Positions 55,695-64,000 of a stretch of 64,000 nucleotides of DNA are shown here, piece after piece. Source of the DNA: Pseudomonadota bacterium (lineage in GTDB: Bacteria; Bdellovibrionota; FAC87; UBA2466); assembly GCA_043767805.1 (NCBI GenBank), contig JAYUGC010000091.1, forward strand, positions 1,467 to 65,466, in the 5' to 3' direction. The notes beneath the pieces were generated by a model that saw only the letters and a program-made list of their open reading frames with translations, searched no databases and had not been told where the DNA came from. Each line of letters begins with the position of its first letter. Within the stretch, counting starts at the first letter, position 1. The position numbers were made by a program, and so were the translations under genes.

Positions 55695-57452
55695 ATGGGC
55701 TTTCGACTGGGCCAAGTCGCCATCATTTTCAGCCTGCTATTTGGGTTTTGCGGTTCCGTTTGGGGGGCGTGCGCGCCAGACTATGCGGCGGTATCCGCCG
55801 TGCTTCACGACGTTCCGGCCTTGAACCGTGAACGCGCTCTCACGCAAATGACCGAAGCCCCTGTGGATCTCCTGATCATTGGAGGCGGAGCGACGGGGCT
55901 CTCGGCCGCGCACTCGGCGGCAAGCCGCGGCTTAAAAGTGGCTCTCGTCGAAAAGAACGATCTGGCTTCAGGAACCTCCGGCTATAGCACGAAGATCAAT
56001 CACGGCGGCGTTCGGTATCTAAAAGATGCGGTCTTCGATTTTCTTAAGTTCAAGTTCGCTTCGGCCATGAAGAAATATCAGCTCGTCAAAGAGGGCCTGC
56101 ACGAGAGGAACCTCTCTCTGCAAAACGCGCCTCACAACGTAAAGCCACTCGAGATCTTTACTCCCGTCTATTCTCACATTGAGCTCGTTCAGATGTGGAT
56201 CGGCCTCAAGCTCTACGAGAAGATGGCCGGTCCCTCAGCGTTTCCAAAGAGCCGCTACGTAAGCAAAGCGGAAGCGCTCAAACTATTTCCCAATCTAAAA
56301 GCCGAAGGACTGACGGGCGGCGTAATTTATAGCGACGGGCAGTTCAACGACAGCCAGATGGCGGTCGACATCGCCCAAACCGCGGCTCGGCAAGGCGCGC
56401 AGATCGCCAACCACACGGAGCTCGTCTCCTTCGTCAAGAACGCGGACGGCAAGAATATCGGCGCTGTCGTCGAGGATAAGCTCACGGGAGAGCGCCAGAC
56501 GGTTTACGCGAAGGTCATCCTCAATGCAGGCGGCCCCTTTAGCGACGGCGTCCGTAAAATAGACGACCCCGACTCTGAGCCACTCTTGAAGACCAGTTCG
56601 GGCGTTCACGTCGTTTTGCCTCAGAAATACCTCGCGGGCTCCACGGGCTTACTCATCCCGGAAACGACCGATAAGCGGGTGCTCTTCATCCTGCCCTGGC
56701 AGAACCGAGTCTTGGTGGGCACGACCGATCACGCGGAGAAGCCTTCGGACAACGCCGCGCCGACAAAGGCCGAAATCGACGAGATCTTTTTCGAGCTCGG
56801 AAAGGTGTTTGAAAACGCTCCCACACCCGACATGCGGGAAGCGGACTTTAAAGGATATCGCCCTCTTCTCGCAGGTAAGGGAGACACTAAGTCGGCCGTG
56901 CGAGATTTCGTCATAGTTGAGGATAAGTCGGGGCTACTCACCATCGTCGGCGGCAAGTGGACCAACGCGCGCTACATGGGCGATCGCGCCATTGAGCGAG
57001 TCGCTGAGACCGGCCAAGTCACGCCTCCTCGCAAGAGCACCACCGAGACCACGAAGATCACGGGCGCCGAAAATTATTCGCCGGATATCGGCGCAAAACT
57101 CGAATCGACCTACGGTACGCCCAAGGACGTGGCGAAACATCTCGCCGAAACTTACGGCGACCGCGCCGATGTCGTCGCACAAGTGGCGCAGCTTGGCTTT
57201 GGCGCACGCCTGCACCCTGACTTTCCTCACATCGAGGCGGAAGTGATTTTTGCCGTTCAGATTCAAGCCGCCCAGACGCCAGTGGACGTGCTGGCTCGCC
57301 GCACGCGACTGAGCTTTCTCAATAAGGACGCGGCCCTCAGCGCTTTACCCAGGGTCGTCGAAATTATGGGCGACGCCAAGGGATGGACCCCTGAAGTCCG
57401 CCGCGCCCAGCAGAGCCAAGCGGAAGCCTATTTCAACCGCCCACTACCTTAG
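55695..57452 (+). CDS. glpD: FAD-dependent glycerol-3-phosphate dehydrogenase
   Basis: 585 aa with DLLIIGGGATGLSAAHSAASRGLKVALVEKNDLASGTSGYSTKINHGGVRYL. Confidence 0.85.
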   Translation: MGFRLGQVAIIFSLLFGFCGSVWGACAPDYAAVSAVLHDVPALNRERALTQMTEAPVDLLIIGGGATGLSAAHSAASRGLKVALVEKNDLASGTSGYSTKINHGGVRYLKDAVFDFLKFKFASAMKKYQLVKEGLHERNLSLQNAPHNVKPLEIFTPVYSHIELVQMWIGLKLYEKMAGPSAFPKSRYVSKAEALKLFPNLKAEGLTGGVIYSDGQFNDSQMAVDIAQTAARQGAQIANHTELVSFVKNADGKNIGAVVEDKLTGERQTVYAKVILNAGGPFSDGVRKIDDPDSEPLLKTSSGVHVVLPQKYLAGSTGLLIPETTDKRVLFILPWQNRVLVGTTDHAEKPSDNAAPTKAEIDEIFFELGKVFENAPTPDMREADFKGYRPLLAGKGDTKSAVRDFVIVEDKSGLLTIVGGKWTNARYMGDRAIERVAETGQVTPPRKSTTETTKITGAENYSPDIGAKLESTYGTPKDVAKHLAETYGDRADVVAQVAQLGFGARLHPDFPHIEAEVIFAVQIQAAQTPVDVLARRTRLSFLNKDAALSALPRVVEIMGDAKGWTPEVRRAQQSQAEAYFNRPLP

Positions 57453-57705
57453 TGCCCTTTTCCTCTAAGTTAGGGGGCTTCGCTCGGTGTTTCCACTCGC
57501 CGAAGCAGGGTGGCCAAGTCCCTCAGCGCGTTTACACGGTGTCTTATGATTTTCATGGGTTGCGGTTAACCGAGACGCCGCGGAAATCTGGCTGGCCACT
57601 CAGCTTCCTTACCTGGGCGAGCCCGCGCTCACTTCGCTCTCCGAGGAAACGACGGCAACCATCGCAAGCCTTCCCACCGAAAAGTTCAGAAAATTGGCCT
57701 AGCTG

Positions 57706-58269
57706 TTATTGATGGCCTAGCTCGAGAGAAGCTGGCCCCTGGTGCCTCAGCTCAGGTTGAATGCCGCTAATGGTATGCGTCCAATCTCCCAATCTCGATT
57801 TGATTTGGTAACGAGTCAGGAGAAGTTTCTTTCCCCCACCCGCCGGGTCCCAGATCATATACTGATCCCCTTGTTGCCCGTAAATGACAACGAAATGCCC
57901 AAGTCCCGTCGGCTTTAATACCCTGATGACCACGGGGCGCTCGGCCGCCAGTTCCGACTCGATCTCATCTTTACTCAACGAAATGGGAGACTGCTTGCAC
58001 TCAAAGTTACAAGCGTGGAGCGCCATCGGCACTTTACCTGGAACGTTTTTGCACTGGGCCTTGGGCAGAGTCAGATCAACGATTTCAGTTTGAGAAAATT
58101 TCTTCTGAAAACTCGAAGCCGCCGATTGGACGCACGCCGCCCAGCACCATTTACTCTTCTCCTGGGGACAAAAGTTGAGAGAAACTTCATAGTCCTGCCC
58201 CCATCCAAAAAGACAAAAAAAGACACCGACTGTGAAAAACCAGAGATGTTTAGAGGCAAAACTCAGCAT
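57706..58269 (-). CDS. papain-like cysteine peptidase (C39/C70-like), membrane-anchored or secreted
   Basis: ATG 58269. Hydrophobic N-terminus, catalytic-Cys context QEKSKWCWAACVQSAA and His context GLGHFVVIYG. Confidence 0.5.
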   Translation of the reverse strand: MLSFASKHLWFFTVGVFFCLFGWGQDYEVSLNFCPQEKSKWCWAACVQSAASSFQKKFSQTEIVDLTLPKAQCKNVPGKVPMALHACNFECKQSPISLSKDEIESELAAERPVVIRVLKPTGLGHFVVIYGQQGDQYMIWDPAGGGKKLLLTRYQIKSRLGDWTHTISGIQPELRHQGPASLELGHQ

Positions 58270-58400
58270 ACCCAACCCCTATTATAGCTCGGCCAGGCAA
58301 TACTGCAGGGAAGACGGGCCGATCGGACGCCGAAGGCGGAATTGGATGGGACGCAGTTCGCCGACAAACGCGTGTGCCGTCACGGCAAGTGCCTTCCCCG

Positions 58401-59168
58401 CTAGTTCAGCATGCGGTCCACGGGCTTACTCATCTGAGTGAGGATAAACCCCGGCGCAATCCGGCTCATCAAGCGAAGCTGCTTCGCCTGGCCAGGACAA
58501 ATTTCCAGACAATCCGATTCCATCCCTTTGAGAGCGGCCGCCACCATGGCCTCGACGGGCATGATGCTTACGTTCTTCATGTCTTCAGGATTAAAATCCC
58601 CTAAAAGAGGAGTTTGAGTCGCCGGCGGGGCGAGCTCGAACACTTTGACGGCGGTTTTCTTAAGCTGCACGCGAAGCGACAAGGTGTAGGAGTGAAGGCC
58701 CGCTTTGGTCGCGCAATAAATCGGCGAGGTCGGCAACGGAACGAAGGCCAGGCCCGAGGTCACGTTCAAGATGGCGGCGGTCGATTGTTTTTTGAGCATC
58801 GGCAAAAAGGCCTGCACCATGCGAATAGGTCCCATGAGGTTGATCTCGACCTCCCGGGTCAGAGCATCGAGGCTCGTAGGATTGTGCAGGTTTATTTCGT
58901 TCATCACACCGGCGTTATTGATGAGGAAGTTTAGCTTGGGAAATTCCTTCCCGATTCGCTCAGCTAGCTTTTCGATTTCTTGCGGCCGTCCGACGTCGCT
59001 AACGAGGGTGTTTAACTTCGGGAATTCTTTCTTAACTCCGTCGAGCTTCTTCGCGTCCCGTCCGGTCACGATGACGGTATTATTTCTCTCCAAAAGGCGT
59101 TTGGTGAGCTCGAGCCCAATGCCGCTGGTTCCGCCCGTAATCAAAATCGTATTGTCAGAGAGTTTCAT
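58401..59168 (-). CDS. short-chain dehydrogenase/reductase (SDR)
   Basis: ATG 59168 gives MKLSDNTILITGGTSGIGLE. Catalytic YCATK. Confidence 0.85.
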   Translation of the reverse strand: MKLSDNTILITGGTSGIGLELTKRLLERNNTVIVTGRDAKKLDGVKKEFPKLNTLVSDVGRPQEIEKLAERIGKEFPKLNFLINNAGVMNEINLHNPTSLDALTREVEINLMGPIRMVQAFLPMLKKQSTAAILNVTSGLAFVPLPTSPIYCATKAGLHSYTLSLRVQLKKTAVKVFELAPPATQTPLLGDFNPEDMKNVSIMPVEAMVAAALKGMESDCLEICPGQAKQLRLMSRIAPGFILTQMSKPVDRMLN

Positions 59169-59542
59169 GCGCCGACCTTTCGTTTGCTTCGTCAAAAGTA
59201 ATGGCGCACCGTAGCAGAATTTACCCCTAGTTCAAGTTTCTGCCCCGGAAAACGAGCCTAAATTTTCCTGGGCGTATTCTGACACTGCCCAACTCTCATA
59301 CGTTTTGTGCCTACTCCCGCCGCTCGGCAACCAAGCGGTCACAACGGATCGTTTCGAGGCGTTTCTGACTCACTCGACCGGCATGAACTTACGCGCTCAT
59401 TTCGCCCGCTACGTACGAGGCAAGCAGCGCGTACCAAACCGCGATCTCCTCATCGATTCGCCTCAATAATTGTTTTTCGTGAGTGCCCAAAACGGCGCGC
59501 GGAGACAAAGTTACGAATGAACGGTTAATCAAAGGAGATCCT

Positions 59543-59824
59543 ATGAAATACAAAACTCTATTGATGTTGATCTCTCTTTTTGTCGGCGCGGTGGCGTTTG
59601 GCGCCGTGGAGTCGAACCCCTTCGTCATCGAATGGAATTGTAAGGAAACCCCTGCGTGCTCCATCGATGACGGAAATTATGAGGGCGGGTACGCCATCAT
59701 TGGGTCGACGTATTACGTCGACAGCGGATCCTCCTCGAGCTGCTGTCACATCGGCAAAAATATCTGGAACTCTGCGTGCAAGGATGGCGAGAATCCAAAA
59801 GGGGCTAAGGTCCGCTGTCAGTAG
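59543..59824 (+). CDS. small secreted Cys-rich protein (93 aa)
   Basis: SD AAAGGAGA and signal peptide MKYKTLLMLISLFVGAVAFGA. Six Cys in the mature part. Confidence 0.5.
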   Translation: MKYKTLLMLISLFVGAVAFGAVESNPFVIEWNCKETPACSIDDGNYEGGYAIIGSTYYVDSGSSSSCCHIGKNIWNSACKDGENPKGAKVRCQ

Positions 59825-60165
59825 ACAGCAAAGGACCCAAACCGCTCTTAAAGGCCTGACCTACAGTTCTTACAGCAGCGAGCTGGAGCACTGTGGGCGG
59901 GCCGGCCATAAAAGTCTGCCTTTCAGCGAAGCTCCCCCGCAAGACTTCTCCAGCCCGGATTAATCCGGCGCACCAATCTCTTCCCCAATCCTTATTAGCT
60001 ACAGCCCGGTGTTACAAAAAGGAGACAGCAGGTCGTCCGAAACGATCTTGGCTAAGCACGACTCCTTGGTACATGGATTGCTAGCTTTCAAGAAAGTTAC
60101 CCGGTTGCATTCCAGATGAGTTTCGAAAAATTAATTGAATGCCCATTTTGAAAGGATAGACAAAC

Positions 60166-61320
60166 ATGAAATCCAATTCTCAGGCGCCGACGATGACGGC
60201 GCTGATGTCCGCGCTAGTAATGACGGCCGGCTTATCCATACACAGCCCAGTTTTTGCGGAAACGACGCAGGAGCGTGTCGTAGACACCTCGGAGCTGACC
60301 CGCACCACCTCGTCGACAGAAACCGAAGCGCCTAAACAAAAGCGCACCACGGTCAAGAAGAGCTCGGCATCCACCGCCGCCCACAAACGCCAGGCGGCGT
60401 CTGCCGCTGAGAACGCCCGCCTCAAGTCCGAGAACGAAGAGGCTCGGCTACGCAACGAGGCTTACGCCGAAAGACTGAAGACGGCCGAGAATCGCGCGGC
60501 CGCCGATACGGCCTCTGCCGCGGGCCGGACTACAGCGGAGCGCGACTCCGCGCGACCGAACAACGACGCCGCCAAAGAGAGACTCGATTCCGAGAACTAT
60601 AGAGTGAACGCTAAAGTCGATTCGGCGGAAACCCGCTCCAAGGCGGAGCAAGACGCTTCCAAGACCGAGGCCAAAAGTGGCAAGGAGGCGGCAAACTCCC
60701 GCGTTGAGGCTGAGAAGATTCGCGCCGCCGCGCAGGTAGAAGCCGCGCAGATCCGAGCGGATGCCAAAGTCGAAAACGCGGAAACCCGCGCCGCGGCTAA
60801 AATCGAAGCCACGGAAACTCGCGCCGCCGCGAGGCAGGAGACCACCGAACAGCGCGCTGACGCTAAGTCCGACAGCCGGTCTCAAACCAGCGTATCGGAG
60901 AGCGGCCGTCTAACGGATCGGCTCGGCGTGTACGTCTCGCTGTGGGGCGATCCGTATCCGGCTCCCGTCGGTATGAACGTCGCTTACAACGTCTATGACT
61001 TTGCCCGAGTCACCGTCGGCGTCGGTACTAAAGACGACAAGAGCTTCACCGTGTCCACCATCGGAGCGGGTCTGAAGGCCATGGTCCCGAACTGGAGTTT
61101 GACGCCTATTCTCGGCATCAACGTTTCGAACACATCCAATGGCTCGGGCAGTGCACCCGGGAGCATCCGCGGATTTAATCCTGGCGGCACCCGCGCTTAC
61201 GCCACTGGCGGAATCGATTGGCAAACCGGCGTCGGCATCAACCTCGCGGCCGGTTATGCGCAGAGCTTGCGCCGAGGAGAAGATGGCAGCGTCTTCTTCA
61301 ACGCCGGCTTTTTTCTCTAG
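60166..61320 (+). CDS. secreted hendecad-repeat protein with C-terminal beta-rich (barrel-like) domain
   Basis: Signal peptide ...ALVMTAGLSIHSPVFA. Charged Ala-rich 11-residue repeats, then ~120 aa with an alternating beta pattern ending FFNAGFFL. Confidence 0.55.
   Translation: MKSNSQAPTMTALMSALVMTAGLSIHSPVFAETTQERVVDTSELTRTTSSTETEAPKQKRTTVKKSSASTAAHKRQAASAAENARLKSENEEARLRNEAYAERLKTAENRAAADTASAAGRTTAERDSARPNNDAAKERLDSENYRVNAKVDSAETRSKAEQDASKTEAKSGKEAANSRVEAEKIRAAAQVEAAQIRADAKVENAETRAAAKIEATETRAAARQETTEQRADAKSDSRSQTSVSESGRLTDRLGVYVSLWGDPYPAPVGMNVAYNVYDFARVTVGVGTKDDKSFTVSTIGAGLKAMVPNWSLTPILGINVSNTSNGSGSAPGSIRGFNPGGTRAYATGGIDWQTGVGINLAAGYAQSLRRGEDGSVFFNAGFFL
60709..60873 (+). repeat. 5 x 33-nt in-frame tandem repeat (11-residue units)
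   Basis: AEKIRAAAQVE AAQIRADAKVE NAETRAAAKIE ATETRAAARQE TTEQRADAKSD. More degenerate units lie upstream. Confidence 0.85.
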
Positions 61321-61339
61321 TTCCGACGCTTAAAATGAG

Positions 61340-61369
61340 CGGGGGCGGCCTTCTCGCGGGTCGCCCCCG
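61340..61369. terminator. bidirectional terminator hairpin between convergent genes
   Basis: CGGGGGCG/CGCCCCCG 8-bp core, extendable to ~12 bp with G-U pairs. Followed by TTTCATT on the + strand and CATTTTA on the - strand. Fills the 54-nt convergent gap. Confidence 0.55.
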
Positions 61370-61374
61370 TTTCA

Positions 61375-61998
61375 TTACCAGAGGTAGGCGACACCCAGCT
61401 TAAAGAGCAATCCGGAGATGATGTACCGGCTGTCACTCGACGCAAAATCGACGACGGCAGCGTTTCCTTCCATGGTGAGCTGGATCCGCGTGGAAAGGCG
61501 AAAGTCGGCGCCGAGCGCGGCGTTTAATCCCAACGAGTTGCCGGTAGTGTTCATCGAGGTGGAGGAGGCGGGCGTAGCGCTCCCGATATAGTAGTCGCGC
61601 CGGCCGAACTCCGCGCTCAGATAGAGGTTGAAAGCGTCGTTACGTTCGGAAGTCATCGAGGCGTAGTTCGTTCGCGAACTGGTTCCCTGCCCCAAAAGGT
61701 AAAAGCGCCCGACTACGTCTAAACTCGAGAACGGAACCGTTTTGTTCTTGAAGTCGAAATGCGCTTGATAACCCGCGCCGACAAAAAATCCGGCGCCGAC
61801 GGGATATAGAAAAGACAGGTCGATACCTCCGACGCTAATCGAGCTTCCCCCTTGGCTACCGGAGTTCTTCAGAACCCCGTTGTTCGTTCGCAAGCAAAGC
61901 TTACTGGAATAGGAAGTCCCCTCGGTATCCGCGGCCACGGTAACCCATGGTAAGAGGAACAGGCAAAGCAGCAGCGATCGGCAAAACCTCCAAGTCAT
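61375..61998 (-). CDS. small outer-membrane beta-barrel protein
   Basis: 207 aa with signal peptide LLLCLFLLPWVTVAA, alternating beta pattern and C-terminal ...LGVAYLW. ATGA overlap with the upstream gene. Confidence 0.6.
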   Translation of the reverse strand: MTWRFCRSLLLCLFLLPWVTVAADTEGTSYSSKLCLRTNNGVLKNSGSQGGSSISVGGIDLSFLYPVGAGFFVGAGYQAHFDFKNKTVPFSSLDVVGRFYLLGQGTSSRTNYASMTSERNDAFNLYLSAEFGRRDYYIGSATPASSTSMNTTGNSLGLNAALGADFRLSTRIQLTMEGNAAVVDFASSDSRYIISGLLFKLGVAYLW

Positions 61999-63848
61999 CG
62001 GGCGCCCTTCTTTTTCTGTTGAATGGATGGCTCTTCAACCTCCTGCTCCGACGAGGCCGCATTGGAAACGGTCTGATCCTTCAAGTTGATGGAAAGAGTC
62101 CCCTCATTTTTCATGATCTGCATCTTCTGAACGACCGCGTTCTTGGCCGCAGAAGCTGCCGCGGCGGTTTGCTTGCCGCCTCGGTGGATGAGAGTGTCGA
62201 GCTCCTCGGCGATAAGGGCCCGGCGTCTTTCGCCCGCGGCATTCACGAGCATCAACCGTTCCTCTTTCGAGAGACCCACACAGAGAGCCGCCACGACTTT
62301 GTTAGAAAGCGCCGCGACCATTTCCTTTCGGGCCTCCGGCGCCAAGCGAAAAATCGTTTTAGCGGTGATGAGGTTCTCACTCAGGTAGGTGTCCAAGCGG
62401 GCATTCGCCGACAGTTTCAATAGAATGTCCCCGCCCACTTCCTCGCCCGCCGCCTCGATGATTTTTTGATAGGTCCTGAGGAACGGGGCCTGCACGTCGG
62501 ACTGAACCTTGGTGACATATTCTTCGAGCACCTTCATGATCGTCGCGTCCAGCGAATCCATCTTGGCGACCTCGGGCATGCGCGGGAGCATATCGACCGC
62601 TTGCTCGAATTTAGTCCGATCGATTTTCTTGAGGAGAGCCAGGGAAGCCGAAATTTTAGCGGGTTCCATGTAAAGATAGAGCCGCGCGAGCGCATCGGTG
62701 GGCAATTTTACGAAAGCTTCGGCTAGCTGCTGATCGCTCAGATGGATGATTCTCTCGGCCACTTCCTCGCTGGCCCCCGCTTTCAGACTGTCGAACGAGT
62801 CCACGAGCAGCTTGGTCTTTAGCTCCTCCGCCGTCTCCAGCATGAGTTCCATCTTGGGGCGCGACAGGACTCCCTGCCGCATGAACTGCACTACGACCTG
62901 ACGGGTGTGAATGGGAAGCCGCTTGAAGAAGTTGGCGGCGGCGTCTTTTCCCAAAAGCTCCAGAAGCACGACCGCTCTTTCGACCGTGGCATCGGCGGCT
63001 ACTAGAGTATTTAAATGATGAAGAATCGTCGCCTCGGTCGCCTGATTCATGTTCTCCAGAATCTCGGTTCGAACCTTCAGCATTTGGATACGAAGCGTCG
63101 CCATCGGCGGCGCAGGCGAAGAGGAAGACGACGGAGGCGCAAGGCGGGGCACTTCCGCCGCTCCCAAGCCTTCGTTCTTGATGTTCACATTCGTTTCCGC
63201 GCCGCCGGCTTCTCCACCAACGCTCGGCATGCGTTCCGCGATGACGTTGGCCGATCGCCGTATGGTGAGCCCCATGAACGTGAGGCCAAAGGCCAAGATT
63301 AAAGCCGCGCCCAGAGCGCCGATGACGGGAAGGTACGGCTTCCAGACCGAGAGTTTTTTCAAAATCCCGTCCGCGAAGGAAACCGAAGTCTTATTCACTC
63401 GGATGCCGGGTCTATAGGCGGAAAGTGTCTGTTTCACGAGCGACTTCACACTCTCGACGGTCGTGTCCGGAGTGTCCTCGTGAATCCAAAGATCGACTTC
63501 CACGCTTTCGATGGAGAGCTTGGCCTCCGGTTTGGTCAATTCCTGTTCCGCTTCTTGAGGCACGGGAACGGGCAGATAGCCGAGCTCCATCTCGTCCGCC
63601 TGCGGTCCGGTTCTGGCGCGGCGAGGCGCGGGCCTCACGGGCCGTCCTTCTTTCACGTGAACGTTGACGACGATACGGGCGCCCTCGCCGAAGAGAGAGT
63701 TCACCTGGTCCTGCAAGCGGACTTGCAGGCTCGACTCCAGCTGTTTGATTCCCGGACTCAGCTCGAGTGCGAGCATGGGCGAGGCAAGCAGGCAGAAGAT
63801 CGCCCCGAGGACGATTAAGCTACGCCGCATGTCTTTCCGCCGCTTCAA
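61995..63848 (-). CDS. membrane-anchored protein with periplasmic ring-building-motif-like loop and cytoplasmic FliG/MgtE_N-like helical repeats
   Basis: 617 aa. TTG start with AGGGAGA SD. Two TM segments flank ~140 aa (GARIVVNVHV..., IESVEVDLWIHEDTPDTTVESVKSLVKQTL). The C-terminal 380 aa resemble FliG (VVLLELLGKDAAANFFKRLP...; MVAALSNKVVAALCVGLSKEERLMLVNAAGERRRALIAEELDTL). Confidence 0.45.
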   Translation of the reverse strand: MKRRKDMRRSLIVLGAIFCLLASPMLALELSPGIKQLESSLQVRLQDQVNSLFGEGARIVVNVHVKEGRPVRPAPRRARTGPQADEMELGYLPVPVPQEAEQELTKPEAKLSIESVEVDLWIHEDTPDTTVESVKSLVKQTLSAYRPGIRVNKTSVSFADGILKKLSVWKPYLPVIGALGAALILAFGLTFMGLTIRRSANVIAERMPSVGGEAGGAETNVNIKNEGLGAAEVPRLAPPSSSSSPAPPMATLRIQMLKVRTEILENMNQATEATILHHLNTLVAADATVERAVVLLELLGKDAAANFFKRLPIHTRQVVVQFMRQGVLSRPKMELMLETAEELKTKLLVDSFDSLKAGASEEVAERIIHLSDQQLAEAFVKLPTDALARLYLYMEPAKISASLALLKKIDRTKFEQAVDMLPRMPEVAKMDSLDATIMKVLEEYVTKVQSDVQAPFLRTYQKIIEAAGEEVGGDILLKLSANARLDTYLSENLITAKTIFRLAPEARKEMVAALSNKVVAALCVGLSKEERLMLVNAAGERRRALIAEELDTLIHRGGKQTAAAASAAKNAVVQKMQIMKNEGTLSINLKDQTVSNAASSEQEVEEPSIQQKKKGAR

Positions 63849-63857
63849 TCCGTCTCC

Positions 63858-64000
63858 CTAATCCTTCGTTCCCGCCAGCATCCGGCTAATCACCGCGTCG
63901 CTGGGATCAAGAGATTTCGCCCGAATCAGATAACCCCGAGCCGCGCGCCTCTTTCCCCGCATCAGCTCTACGTTAGCCATCAGAACGAAGCTCGAAGCGA
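63858..64000 (-). CDS. C-terminal fragment of a TPR-like protein (continues beyond window)
   Basis: Hand translation ...ASSFVLMANVELMRGKRRAARGYLIRAKSLDPSDAVISRMLAGTKD*. The stop lies 9 nt upstream of the next start on the same strand. Confidence 0.3.
   Translation of the reverse strand, partial: ASSFVLMANVELMRGKRRAARGYLIRAKSLDPSDAVISRMLAGTKD

Noticed and set aside
59300-59470. Frame reading ...DRFEAFLTHSTGMNLRAHFARYVRGKQRVPNRDLLIDSPQ* divergent from the SDR gene, considered as a decayed LysR-type regulator.
   Set aside because: The resemblance is limited to a few residues, and there is no HTH motif or start codon context.
59955-59968. Perfect 14-bp palindrome CCGGATTAATCCGG in the 59.8-60.2 kb intergenic region.
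   Set aside because: It could be an operator or a small hairpin. It is isolated, has no second copy in the window, and no regulator gene lies nearby.
61995-63848. Annotating the 617-aa protein as flagellar FliF or FliG.
   Set aside because: The periplasmic part is far too short for FliF. No other flagellar genes flank it, and the similarity is only pattern-level. It is reported as FliG-like with low confidence instead.
1-64000. Search for CRISPR arrays, tRNA/rRNA genes, IS elements, integrases, prophage or defence-system genes.
   Set aside because: I noticed no direct-repeat/spacer periodicity and no T-loop-like GGTTCGAATCC outside coding sequence. I also saw no transposase, integrase, RT, nuclease or ATPase signatures. 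This was a visual scan only, so small ncRNAs could have been missed.

Overview
GC-rich (about 60%) bacterial chromosomal segment that looks Gram-negative (sigma-54-type promoters, lipoprotein and outer-membrane-like genes). It is densely coding, and I saw no rRNA, tRNA, CRISPR array, transposase or integrase. There are four blocks. (1) 0.2-14 kb is an accessory biosynthetic locus and the main finding. It holds a cupin::MetRS-like didomain, a DAO-family FAD oxidase and an IucD-like N-hydroxylase, the enzyme triad I recall from actinomycete hydrazine (N-N bond) pathways (Spb38/39/40 type). These are combined with an ATP-grasp::adenylation didomain that has no carrier domain, a group II PLP decarboxylase, an MSOX-like oxidase, another FAD oxidoreductase and a MATE exporter. 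No PKS, NRPS C/T domain or carrier protein is present. (2) 14-25 kb is mixed: a trypsin-like protease fused to a thioredoxin fold and apparently frameshifted from a Cys/Gly-rich secreted N-terminus, a FAD-Rieske oxidoreductase plus methyltransferase, pheA, and housekeeping-type enzymes. (3) 25.5-40.6 kb is an aromatic amino-acid supraoperon: tyrA-aroAECKBQ, two DAHP synthases of different subclasses, and trpEGDCFBA. Upstream of trpE lies a 15-codon leader peptide with 3 Trp codons and mutually exclusive hairpins, none of it in the ORF track. (4) 40.6-64 kb encodes many secreted or membrane proteins of unknown function, several behind sigma-54-type promoter motifs. It also holds a GH13 amylase, glpD, an SDR, a hendecad-repeat protein and a membrane-anchored FliG-like protein with no flagellar context. 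Three apparent frame disruptions (about 15.73 kb, 45.9/46.09 kb, 52.75 kb) may reflect indel errors rather than biology. All functional calls rest on motif recognition by eye, and no database search was run.
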